Part shown: piece after piece, positions 47,444-58,567 of the stretch | Layout of the letters: each line of letters starts with the position of its first letter | How positions within the stretch are numbered: the first letter of the stretch is position 1 | DNA from: Pseudogymnoascus verrucosus | Taxonomy: Eukaryota | DNA: 64,000 bases | Strand: one strand, 5' to 3' | NCBI GenBank assembly: GCA_001662655.1 | Contig: KV460239.1 | Made by a program: the position numbers and the translations under genes | The notes under the pieces: generated by a model | What the model was told of the DNA's origin: nothing | Seen by the model: the letters and a program-made list of their open reading frames with translations, nothing else | The model's database searches: none

Positions 47444-50400
47444 GACCACGGTTTCGGTGGCGGCGTCGGTGTTGTCTGCCCTCCCGCCTCCACCGGGAGA
47501 CAGGCGGGTGGTGAGGGTGGTCGCAGGCGGTGTTTATGGGGGGCAATGCTCGCGTGAGGGTTCGTGGGATTCCGTATTTCTCTTTCGTCGGGGTACTTGG
47601 CGGGGGAAAAGGCGCAGGCGCAGAGTAGTTTGCGGTGGCGGCGTTGGAAGGCGGATGGACGTCGGTGTTGAACGGCGGCGTCGACGAGATCAATGGGGGT
47701 TCTCGGTGGTGATATTCGAGGGTTGAGGTCGGCATGCGACAGGAGATTGGGGAAGTGTGAGCAGAGGCACTCCATGCTATTGCAGTAGGGCAAGATGTGG
47801 AGAGAAGGCTGGGCCCAAAAAAGTAAGAGTGAGATAGGCGTTTTTGTTAGTCAAGTAGGGTGGAGTCCCATCACGGTCTCTGGTGGGGAGGTAGGTGGGT
47901 CAGCGAGATATCCGAGAGCTCTGCATGGTTGACGTCGATGGGAGCGAGGGAGGGAAGGACCAGGGACTGTCGATCCTAGGGCTCGAGGATAGCACTGGAG
48001 CAATATAGGAAGTGGGCTGTACCTGCGAGTAGCGGCAGGGTAGATAAGAGTATGAGGCGATGTCGAGATGCAGGGTAGTTTGAGCGGGCGTTGAGTGGCG
48101 TCGGGGGGGGGGGTGAGATGAGAGAAGCCGAGGGAGATAGTACAGAGTGAGTACGGGCAAGTACAAAGAAGGGGAAAACTGGGGGAGATAGTAGGAGCAC
48201 AAGCAGTTGTAAGAGCCGTATTAGGCGCCGGGGCAGAGTAGCACAAAGGAGGAGGAAAGAAGGAGAAGGAAGGAGGCGACTCGAGGACCATGCACACACG
48301 ACCAGCGATAACGAGGCTTAGGCTGACTGACCTGACACTGGCAACCACTTCCTGCGGCCGCATATAAAAAGGCAAGTGCGGTGAGAGAATTCGGTGCCGA
48401 CTGGTCAAAGGCTGTGCGTAAGATGGTAATAATGGGGTAATAAAAGGGTAATAAAAGGTGGTACTCGAGTAGGAGTAGGTAGTATAAGTAAGTGAGTAAG
48501 TAACTGGTAAGGCGGGCTGGAGGGGAGGAGGCGTTGTATTGGAAAGTTGACAGGGTTATCGGGGTCTGGTTGTTCTGTGCAAAAACTGGGTTTTTGGTGA
48601 ATGAAAAGGCGGGAACCTGGTTCGCCCAGGGAAGGAAGGGACGAGTGGTGGGATGGGGATGAGGGTGTGGGATAGTTCGGCTCGGTACTTAGATTGTCGC
48701 GTGTGATAACACGCAAAATTAAGTACCTGACCCCACCTGTCCCACACTTTTTCACTTTGGTCCCTGCGCTATTTTGCATGTACCATAACTCGAGTACACA
48801 GCCTCTACCCCCAGTGGCGAAGCCGAATGATAAGGAGAATGCGCCAGCAATGCGCCAGAAATGCGCCAACAGAGATGAGACCATGGATGTTGTATCGTTG
48901 TTGTATCCTCATACACGGTCCTGAAAGCCCATACAGAGTCATGAACAACTCATCTGTATGCAAGGACGACAACAGCCTTGCCCTGTTGCCTTGCTGCCTT
49001 GCCTCGAGGTTCTTGTTGTCCCCAATACCGGCAGGCATCAATATAATACCTATGCATCACGCACCGTATCAGCCAGCGTTATCATGAACCGCATCCCCCC
49101 AGCCTCCTCGTACTTATCGCTCACCTCACATAACTCTCACTCACCGTCGCCGGGCACTCCCTCGGTCTCCTTAGTCTCGATATGCATGGATGTGGGAATC
49201 CTCTGTGCCTCTTCGGCCTATTTCCGAACTATGACGATGGCCTGTGGTCGAGGTTGGAGAAGTCCTTTCCCTCCCGCTGACCCGTCCACGACCCGTGGAA
49301 ATAGACAAACCACAAACCACAGACCTCCGGAGGATCTCCGGAGACTGCTATAGACCACCAAGAGAACACTGACTAACAGCAACAAGCATCCCATCAAAGC
49401 GCAAAGAGTGGCTTGACACCAGTAACCATACTCACAATCACCACTTCCCCTTTTCCTTCCTCCTTGGCCCCCTTCCCCATTTTTCACCCGTCACCCGTAC
49501 ACTTCCCCATCCCCGATCCACCAGTCCCCAAAGGGAAGGTCGTTCCCAACTCCACGGGTCTAATCGGGAAAGGGAGGGGGAGGAGTGGAGAAAAGCAAAG
49601 GCCTTGCGCACGTGCTCTTCTTGGATTGCGTAGATAAGTACTCCCTTCCTACGGAGTATGCCATGTCCAATTCCAACGTAGTTCGCGGTACGTACCTCTC
49701 ATCGAGCAACTGGCGCGCACCTTATTAGATTCCCCTGCCCTGTGCGATCCATCCAGCAGTCATCCAGGCCACCAAGAGGGTTGATGTGGTGTACCATGGT
49801 GTAGAATACCAGACGAGGAGGAGCGAGAGCGACGTGTGACAGTGACGCGCCGAGGACAATCGGGGTACTATTGGACACCAAAAGCTGTAATCACCGAACC
49901 CTGAGACATTCCATTCCCCGAAGATGCGCCACGCCAATAAAACACGGCTTCCAGAAGGCCTCGTCTCCCGTCCCTAATGTCTCGGGAAAGCCATGACATA
50001 CCATGGCGGCGTGGCATGGCGTGTGTGTGCGTTCATGTCGCGCGCGCCACGCGCTTTTCATGTCAAGTCTGTCACCTCAACCTGTCGATCAATGTGACAG
50101 AACCCCAACAAGCAACAGTGGCAGGTTGCTGTTGTGCAGTACCGACTCCACCTGCTGCGAGTATGTCCTCCTCGGTGCATGTGATGATAATCCGCATATC
50201 GATATCAGGAGTGTGTCTTGAGATAGCACGACATGTGAGGACCATCCCGTAGAGTATGTAAACAAAACCCCCCCAGGCGGCTGCTACGCTCGAACCACAC
50301 CGAGATCGGGGAGAGGTTTCGTTCATGCACGCGCGCGATATGTTTAGCGGGATTCAGCTGCCTAATGCGGAGCCTGGAGGCGTCAGTCTGTGCCGTGCCG

Positions 50401-51365
50401 TGCGGAGGTTGGGCTGGGGGTCGACGGGTGAGCGGGTGGTAGAGGTCCCTTCTTGTCTGTGGTGGTGTGTTCGCGTTTTGGAACTGCGGTTGGACGTCTT
50501 GTCAGTTTGTCGTGGCTGAACTGGTCTGGGCTGGACTCGATTTCCTCAAGGTTTACTCGAATTTGAACGGTTGGTATCGTACTGTCATGCCTGTGCAGTA
50601 TCATTGCAAGGTTGAATCCGGAGCAACCCGCAGACGCCCAACGCGGGATTAGACGATCCAACACCCTCTCCCGTGCTGTGGCTTGATCAATACTGTTGTT
50701 GTGTTTTAGGTAAGTTGGAGCATCACCTATTTCGAGATCTGGTGCGGGTGCTGTAATAGGCAACTCGCTGCATGATCCTTCGGCTGTCGCTTGTGCTGGG
50801 TGATCTGCGACGCATCCTTGAGGTATTTTTGGCGATGGGGGTGGGGATTGGAGATGTGATGTGATACGATAATCTGGAGTGTGATGGGGTAGCTGTGGTG
50901 TTGGTGTTAGGGATCTGTGGAGGGAAGGAGGAATTGAGGGTTTTGGGAGCTTGAGGTGTTCCCCATGGGGTTTTGTGAGGCATAAACCAATACCGCGTTT
51001 TTTGGCTTAGTATGAGCACACGCATATATCACATTGATTGATATTATAACATTCAATTAAGACTTGAAACATTGGCCTCGGTAAGTTTTGGCTTTTTAGA
51101 TGTACGTTTCTTTAGATTTGACGTATCTGATTCTCTGTGGAAACATGAATGTGACGACCTCATAGCGTCGCTTACAGGGAGACAAAGGGGGTTTGATAAG
51201 TGGCAGCGCTACAAGTAATAGAACAGATTAGGGGTCCAATGGTGAACTTACTACAGTTGGTCGTTGTCTCTGCTGATGACAGTATCAAAATCATACCTTT
51301 AGACCTGCGAGCTGGCATATGCACCATAGCCAACGTAACCAATCCAGCCCTCCAGAGACGACTAT

Positions 51366-52190
51366 TTATCCGTCGAGAGCCTCAAAGTAAGCGTGCACTT
51401 CAGCTGCACTAACCTGCATCCCCCAGCAGCGCGTGATAATATCCCCACAAGCAATTTCCGTTACATCAGGGAAGGTGCGTGATCCATATAGCTCCTCGAC
51501 CTCATTGCTAGGGGTATCTTTGTAGGGATATGCGTCTGTCATGATGAAGTAGATCAGCGAGCCAAGACCAAACACATCTTCTTCAAACCTAGGAGGCGCA
51601 TCCCAGTCAGAAACCGGATATCGGAACGGCGTCCCTGCAACAGCAGACGCCGCAGATCTAGCTAGAGATCCCCCCTCAAAGTCCGCAATTTTCAGGTGAA
51701 GATCACCGTCAAGCAGAAAGTTCCGCGGCGAGATATCGCAGTGTATAACGCCCGCAGCTTGCAGTACGCTTAACCCCTCACTTGCCTGCTTCGCCCACCG
51801 CTGCCGTAACTGGGGCGTCAAGCTCTCCGAATTCGTAGTGATGTAATCCTTCAGCATGCCATTCTCGAGGTACTCCATCGTAAGGCAGCAGGTCTTCAGA
51901 TCCCAGGAGACAATCCCTGAGATACGGGGATGCAAACCAACGGCATCGTAGATACGAGCCTCGAGCCTCATGTCTTGACAGTGCGCTTCGAAATAGCGCT
52001 GGTCTAGATCAGGTAGGGGCGTCTTGACCACGTCGCCGGAGGGCAGGCGTTCGAGCCGCGCAGTCACGCCCCATCCGATCTGTTTCCCCTTGGTTATGTA
52101 TGCGACTTCGCCGGGCTTGAGTTGGGGGGGCGTGAATTGAGGCCTGGAGGGGGGTAGGCGCGTCGTTCCCAGGGGCCGGGGATGGGGATG
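51366..52190 (-). pseudogene. Protein kinase-like gene lacking a 5' end/ATG (probable pseudogene)
   Basis: IGWGVTA, VVK, MEYLENG, IHCDISPRNFLL, IADFEG and EDVFGLG. No ATG precedes the N-lobe (the first in-frame ATG, 51971, lies after the catalytic Lys), and the upstream DNA is the opposite-strand kinase. Confidence 0.6.
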
Positions 52191-52191
52191 T

Positions 52192-53229
52192 AGGAAGATG
52201 TATGTCCGCACTATTCAGGATTCCTTCTCTATTACGAATAGAGGAGGGAATCCCCACCAATGTTTAGTTCACAATGTTCTTTCCAGCGATATATTGAGCA
52301 CCCAGATCGTCAACTAAACTAAGCATTTCTCAAGCAAATTTTGATCCAGTTGCTGCTCGCACTAGACTTCTTACATACCGAATGCCATATCATCCACACA
52401 GGTTAGTTTGCTCTTCTCACCATGCTTTAGAAAACATACTAACAAAATGCTAGATATAAAAGAGGAGAATATCTTGCGCGGTTTAGCCGATTCATCTATC
52501 GTGGAACAACTAGACGCGGAAGAAATCGCAGAACTGAGCTTTTATAAAAGCATCAACGGGTACAATATCTACAGAAGCGCAAATTTTGGTATTCCAAAGA
52601 GGTTTGGCCGGTCAATCCTGTGTGACTTCTCTCTCGCTCGAAACGGACAGGTTGAGCACTGTCATGACATCCAGCCGGATCCTTACCGGGCTCCAGAAGT
52701 CCTTCTAGAGATGCCATGGGGCTATCCTGTGGATATATGGAACGTCGGGGTTATGGTGCGCGATTTCCCTTCAAATATCTAATATTACAATGCGTCGTGG
52801 TGAAACTAACGGGACTTCTAGATTTGGGATATGTTTGAGAATAGACGTATGTTCGATGGGCTGGACCCAGAGACTGGCAAGTATGAGAACCGCTTCCAAC
52901 TTGCCAGCATTGTTGGTCTTTTGGGACCTCCACCCCCCGAGTTCCTCCAGCGAGGCGAATACAGCTCCGTTTACTTCGATGATAAAGGTAAGCCCCTGAT
53001 TCTAAGAACGTGCATTTACGGATCTAATACACATACGACAGGGAACTGGAAGTGTGTGAATCCTGTCCTACTAGTGTTTTGGGAGGATTGTGAGAGAAAT
53101 CTCCATGGCTCTAATAAGAAGGACTTTCTCGACTTCGTCCGCAAAATGGTTAGATGGACACCAGAATCAAGAGCGTCGCCCGAGGAGCTATTGCAAGATC
53201 CTTGGCTTCTTGGAGATGTGGAAGAATAG
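52192..53229 (+). pseudogene. SRPK-like (CMGC) kinase pseudogene, 5'-truncated
   Basis: YVRTIQDSF...HQCLVH, then a frameshift near 52300 and an in-frame TAA at 52320-52322. It continues LLALDFLHTECHIIHT^DIKEENIL, LCDFSLA, IQPDPYRAPEV, VDIWNVGVM^IWDMFE and RASPEELLQDPWL. Introns 52402-52453, 52756-52821 and 52988-53041. The Gly loop and VAxK lysine are missing. Confidence 0.85.
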
Positions 53230-53780
53230 AGGCTATCCCCCTTTCTCCCAAGCATGTCAAGGTCAGGGGCCAAAATTTAACATATTTCACAGCCTCTGTC
53301 TGCGTCATATGTTTTCTTTGAAAGGTAATCTGCTACCACAAGACGGCCAGTCCTTACTCCTGACGACAGACTTGCCATAGCATAGTGGCGAGGTTGTTCC
53401 TAATCTACTGTTGCCGAAACCGCTCTGAAAGAGAACTGATAATTTGAGCTTGAATACCGATACCCATATGCGAGTACTCAAGTACCCCCAAAAGTGCTGG
53501 CATATTAAGATATAACTTAATAGATAACATTATTGAAACCAATTTAGCTCTCATTATCTGCATCGTCACCGCTGTCCTCGTTTTCTGATGATGTCTTATT
53601 TCAGACCGCAGGCTATTTGTAGATCTGCTGACCGGCTATCTGTTATGGCCTCCATCATGGGAAGAAATAGTAAGTATTGTAGTTATATGACTCCCTCCCG
53701 CTCATATCCCCTTGGGCATTCCGCCTAAAAGCGCCATGTCCCATTCGCCTTAAAACAAACCCAAAAAATCAAGGACCATG

Positions 53781-55739
53781 TCAACAAACAAGGTCATACC
53801 ACCTCTTCCACCTAGGCCACTCCTCCTTCTCCTCCCTCTCCGCCTTCAACAGCTTGTCTAGATTCAACTCCCGCCTCCCTGTCTGGAGATCCATATCCCT
53901 TGCCCTCCACACCTTGGTCTTATGCCGGTATTTATAGACCCCATACATGATCAGCACGGTCGGGGCAGTCAGGTACGCTAAAAAAAAGCTCCTCAGTTGC
54001 CCCCTTATGCCAATCTCGCCGTAATTAATGGGCCACGCGCCCGTCCAGAACTGCGCCACCAGGACAAACACATTGAAGATGAATCCCACCCAGCTCCCCA
54101 CTAAGCCCGGCTGCGACACGAATGCTAGCTCGTTGAGGCTGTGGCCCTGCAATGCCCAGGCACGCCGGAATCGGATGTGCGACAGGCAGATGGAGCCCCA
54201 GGTAAAGATGCTAGAGAGGCCGGAGAAGGAGAGCATCCAGTTCAGCACCGTGCCCTGCTGCCCGCTTTCAACAGCGTAGGCTATAAAGCCCACAGCGCAG
54301 GCGATAGCGATGGCAACGATGGGACGGCCTTTGCGGTCAACGTAGCCTAAGATCTTTGGTGCGTGGCCCTGGTCAGCTAGCGCAGCTAGAGTGCGGGTGC
54401 TGCCAAAAACAGCGCTGTTACCGACGGATACTATGGCGATTAAGATCACGGCGTTCATCACAGAGGGTAGGACGGCGATGCCGGCGTCTTCAATGGCGAT
54501 AACGAAAGGCGAGGCGCTACCGTTAGCATTGGCGGAGCCTTCGTTGAAAAGCCGCTCGTCGTCATGTGGCACTAGGAGACCCACAACTGTCAAGCTCACG
54601 ATGTAAAATAAGGTGATACGCCAGAAAACCTGCTTGATGGCCGTTGGTAGGCTCTTTCTCGGGTTTGCCGTCTCCGCTGATGCGAGGCCTATTAATTCCG
54701 TGCCCGCGAAAGCAAATGCAGCGGTTATCATGACAGAGCAGAGGCCCTTAAAACCGTTGTTAAAGGGACCCGGGTCGACCCAGAATTCCCCGCCGATGTA
54801 GCCGCCGTCGGGGTTGCCGGCGCAGTTGATAATGATGCCGAGGATGACGAAGCCAATCACCGCGACAATTTTAACGACGGAGAAAAGGAACTCGGCTTCG
54901 CCATAGCCTTTGACGCCAAAGAGGTTTATAGAGATAATGAGAACGAGAAAAATCGTAACAAAGATGGAGCGTGGGAGCGTGGTATTCCAGTAACCCATAG
55001 TTACGCTAGCGGCGACAATCTCGAGCGGGAGAACGATGAGCCATTGCGTTGCATAGCTTGTGTTGTTAGTAACCTTTACCCCTAGCAAGTCAACGGATAT
55101 AGGACTTACGCCCAGCCCATGGCGAATCCCCATGCCGGATCAAGAAATCTTGTCGAATACGCAGAGAAAGAGCCAGCTACTGGATATAAGACGGCCATCT
55201 CACCTAGAGCATGCACCGTACAAAATAGCATGCTCCCAATAAGTGAGAAGGCGATTAGTACTGATGCTGGCCCACCCTCATGCAGCATCCTTCCACTCGT
55301 AACAAACAATCCAGCTCCTATTTCCTAGTTAGCTTCTTCCATTTCTTGCTACACTCCCATCACAGCATCCTAACTGACCAACACTCCCTCCAATTGCAAT
55401 CATCTGCAGATGTCTTCCCTTCAACTTTCTTGCTAGTGCTGTGTTCGCTGTCGCTATTACCGCCATATGCGGATCCAAGGCACCATGGTGGTCAGTGGAA
55501 TTAATAGACTGACTAATGGAACGTTGGCGATTTGGGTCCCTCTTGAAGCTATCCACGAACCTCTGAGATAAACTCGGATGCTGGTCCCTGTCAACTCTAT
55601 ACCAGGGTTCGCCGCTGGAGTAGTTCGTTGAGCTGTTGTAGTAACTCTGCGCGTTAGAGGTGAGACGGGAGGGGCTTGAGAACTCTTCAGGGTACTCATG
55701 GTGCGAGGGGAGCGAGTGGAGCGAGTATGACTTAGGCAT
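53781..55739 (-). CDS. Amino acid permease (APC/YAT family, Gap1-like), 3 exons
   Basis: LARKLKGRHLQMIAIGGSV^GAGLFV, ALGEMA, FAFAGTEL, ETANPRKSLP.AIKQVFWRI and SPFVIA. Introns 55318-55378 and 55057-55109. Confidence 0.93.
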
Positions 55740-56449
55740 TGTGGAGGTTGGTTCGGTGGAGGCTAGGAGATGATGGTAATGCTTTGAGAGTCTTGGGAGG
55801 GAGTTTGTAGTTCAGCTATGCGGTGTGTATTAGGTGTATGTAACCGGACGTCACGCCGAATATATCTGTCAAACGTCGAATGGGTATTGAAAGGAGACAC
55901 AGTACATGCAAAGGTACACCGTAGTAGATACCGTAAAGGGGCCAATTCTCCAAAGTCGCATAAGGAGTTGAGCTTAGCCAAAACAGCAATTCCTCTGTCG
56001 CTGGGTTCGCTGCAGCAGAGATTGGTCATTCTATTCGCTGTGTCACACACGCATGAGCTCCAAGACGTCTGTCCTGCACTATCTTCTACTCGTTGAGACG
56101 AGTGTGAACAACGAATTGCCCCTCGCTGAAGTAGATCCAAGAGCTGTACAGGTCGTACGTAATGTCTGCCGTATCAAAGGCTACAGCTCCTTGCAATCCG
56201 CCGCCGTCAATACCGGAAAGAGAGCAGAAAAAGCGATTGAGAGAGTTTGAGAGGGTGGCGACCAGAATTATAGTTTTGGACGAACGAGATCTTATACTGT
56301 TGGACCGAGTCGACAAGAAACGCGACGAGTATTGGGGAAGGTATCTTGGGGTAGGTGCGTTGCTTTTACGCTTTGATCTTAGTCGCCGTCGCTACCAAAG
56401 GAATGCCACTAAACCCCTCAAAGCTCGGACCTAACTGTAGAATCCACAA

Positions 56450-56720
56450 CTTATCTTTGTATCTACTTATAATGGATTCCAATTATGGAAGTAGATCCAA
56501 AGATAAGAAAGCAACAAACAACGTCCTAATTATTACGATAATAACGCCAAACTGACATGAAAATGTTGCTTCGCCTCACTCACCCCACTCACCCAGCTCA
56601 CTCCCCGGCTCACCCAGCTCACCCTCGCTCACCCGTCGCTTCACCCTTCAGACGGCAAGGGGCCGCCCCGATTTTGCGCTATGACTATTGGCACGATTGA
56701 GACTATTATCCATAAGATAC
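56450..56720. promoter_or_regulatory. Cluster of GATAA sites upstream of the amino acid permease (AreA/NIT2-type)
   Basis: CTTATC at 56450, GATAAG at 56502, GATAAT at 56537 and ATTATC at 56705, 0.7-1.0 kb upstream of the permease ATG. Confidence 0.45.
56574..56650. repeat. Degenerate tandem repeat of CTCAC(CC) with roughly 9-12-bp spacing
   Basis: cctcactcaccccactcacccagctcactccccggctcacccagctcaccctcgctcacccgtcgcttcaccc. Confidence 0.75.
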
Positions 56721-56724
56721 GCGA

Positions 56725-56786
56725 GCTTGTGTATGTCAGAGCGGACGGACAGGATGCCCCATTCTGTTGAGCCTATGGTCGTATGT
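56725..56786 (-). pseudogene. 5S rRNA pseudogene (5' ~60 nt only)
   Basis: The minus strand reads ACATACGACCATAGGCTCAACAGAATGGGGCATCCTGTCCGTCCGCTCTGACATACACAAGC. This matches the 5' half of ascomycete 5S rRNA as I recall it (ACATACGACCATAG...CCGTCCGCTC...AAGC). Similarity stops there; TATTTA lies at -30..-25. Confidence 0.8.
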
Positions 56787-57071
56787 GAGAGTTGTGTGTA
56801 TGTCGGGGACTAAATACTCTGTTGGTTGAGTAAATGGGCGCTCTCTCTGCTCACTTACAGATCTACGGCAACGACTGTTTCCCCTAACCTCAGAATATAA
56901 GTATAGCTTCCCCCCCTTCTTTTACAAGAGAACATCGTTATAGAAAGTGTCACAATCTTAATACAGCAAAATTGAGACCCTTTTGTTTTCAGAGGACAGG
57001 GCAACAGATTATATTTTAAGTATGTTCGCTCGCTACCTTCCATGCCCTATAGAAAAATGGATATACATCGC

Positions 57072-57768
57072 TCAGGCAGATTTCTTACCGCGAGCCATCG
57101 AGGCTACATATGAGCCGGCTGGACTGAAATCCACGAAGCCGTGTTTCTTGTATAGGGGTGCACCCGCCTTGCTGGCGTCCACGTAGGCAGCTACGTCGTT
57201 TTCGTCAGCCAAGTCGCAGCCCCATTTGACGAGCATCGCGCCAGCTCCACGCTTTTGATAATCGGGATGGGTGCCTACGGTATCCAGGTCTGCCTCATAC
57301 CGAAAGTTAGCAACCAACTCTCTAAATACTCAATTACCCGAGCCATGAGGGTGGGAGGGCTCATTCCATACAGTAGTTCTTCTCGTCGCCCATGACACGC
57401 TTCCTCTCACTTTCTAGCCCCGAAACAAACGCCTCACATTCCTCCTGAGGACAGTCCGGATGCCACGGCGGGAAGCGACGGCCACGCTCTTCAGGCATAG
57501 CCAGGTCCCAGATGCCAAAGGCAACGATTCGCGGCCGGCCTTGCTCATCCTTCGATTCGGGGTCGACTATCCGTAGGTATTTGGTATCGGGCCTAGTCTG
57601 GAAGTTTCCCAGATGCCAGTCACGGTGCCACTCGCGCATGCCGGGAGTGTCGGGGAGTAGCTTCCTCATTGTCGGTTGCGTGAAGGCCGCAAACCAGACA
57701 TCAATGATGGCTGGGACATCTTCCGCGGTAGCCAGCTCGAGCACGAGAGAGTTGGTAGTTGATGCCAT
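57072..57768 (-). CDS. GNAT-family N-acetyltransferase, 2 exons
   Basis: LELATAEDVPAI...IVAFGIW...Y^YLDTVGTHPDYQKRGAGAMLVKWG (acetyl-CoA motif A)...YVDASKAGAPLYKKHGF. Intron 57290-57371. Confidence 0.9.
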
Positions 57769-58567
57769 ATTGGATGGTGTTTCAGCCTGCATGAATGCGC
57801 GTCCCGCCATGCCGTGCCGAGTTTGTTCAAGTGTACAATGGTTAATTGGCACGGGAAATGGCTGTTTGATAGAAGGGGAATCAAATGGAAGGGGGTTGAT
57901 GCGAACAGATATATTGTTAAACAGGTGAGGGGCTACAGTCAGCACAGATAGGGAGGGGTTCACATATCGCACTTGATAATAGACTTGTGCATATATACGA
58001 GTTAAGCTCGTAATCACTAATCCTAACACATATAGCTTCTTTTTTAGTTAACAGATCTCGACCAATAAACCTTTAATCAACCCACAAAAAGGATCGTATA
58101 ACTCTAGTGCACTGGGCCTGTAAAGATGGCTATTTTACAGTGTTAGAAGTGCTACAACTCCGTACGACCTTCCTAAATTGTATGAATATTCAATAGTGAA
58201 TAAGTGCGCTGCATAAAATAGCGATGTAAGCTGTCTCTTTTAGTAGCCTTTTTGCCTTCGCATTGTTAAACGGAGCTTATTGATTGTATCCCTAAGTGAT
58301 TGAACGACCTTACTTGAGTTATAGTTGCTGTAATCGTTGTTGTTTATAAACAGCCCCTCTATAGATTTTAGGTGGCACCTACGAACGACTACCCCACTAA
58401 AATCTAAATTAATTGATCCATCGTTTTAAGGTTTGGCACAAGGCCTCCAACCTCAACCCCACCAACCTCAAAAACTAGACCCCACCAACACTCCCCAGCA
58501 CTATGCCGAAAATATAGCTTCAAGGAATCCCTAACAATATCTGCCGGAGCCCATCCAGATCCCAAAA

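Noticed and set aside
52218..52253. Imperfect hairpin near the kinase junction
   Set aside because: It lies within SRPK-like coding sequence (QDSFSITNRGGNP), not at the breakpoint, so it is probably incidental.
53586..53632. TGATGA...CTGA pair resembling snoRNA C/D boxes
   Set aside because: Too short, imperfect C box and no terminal stem.
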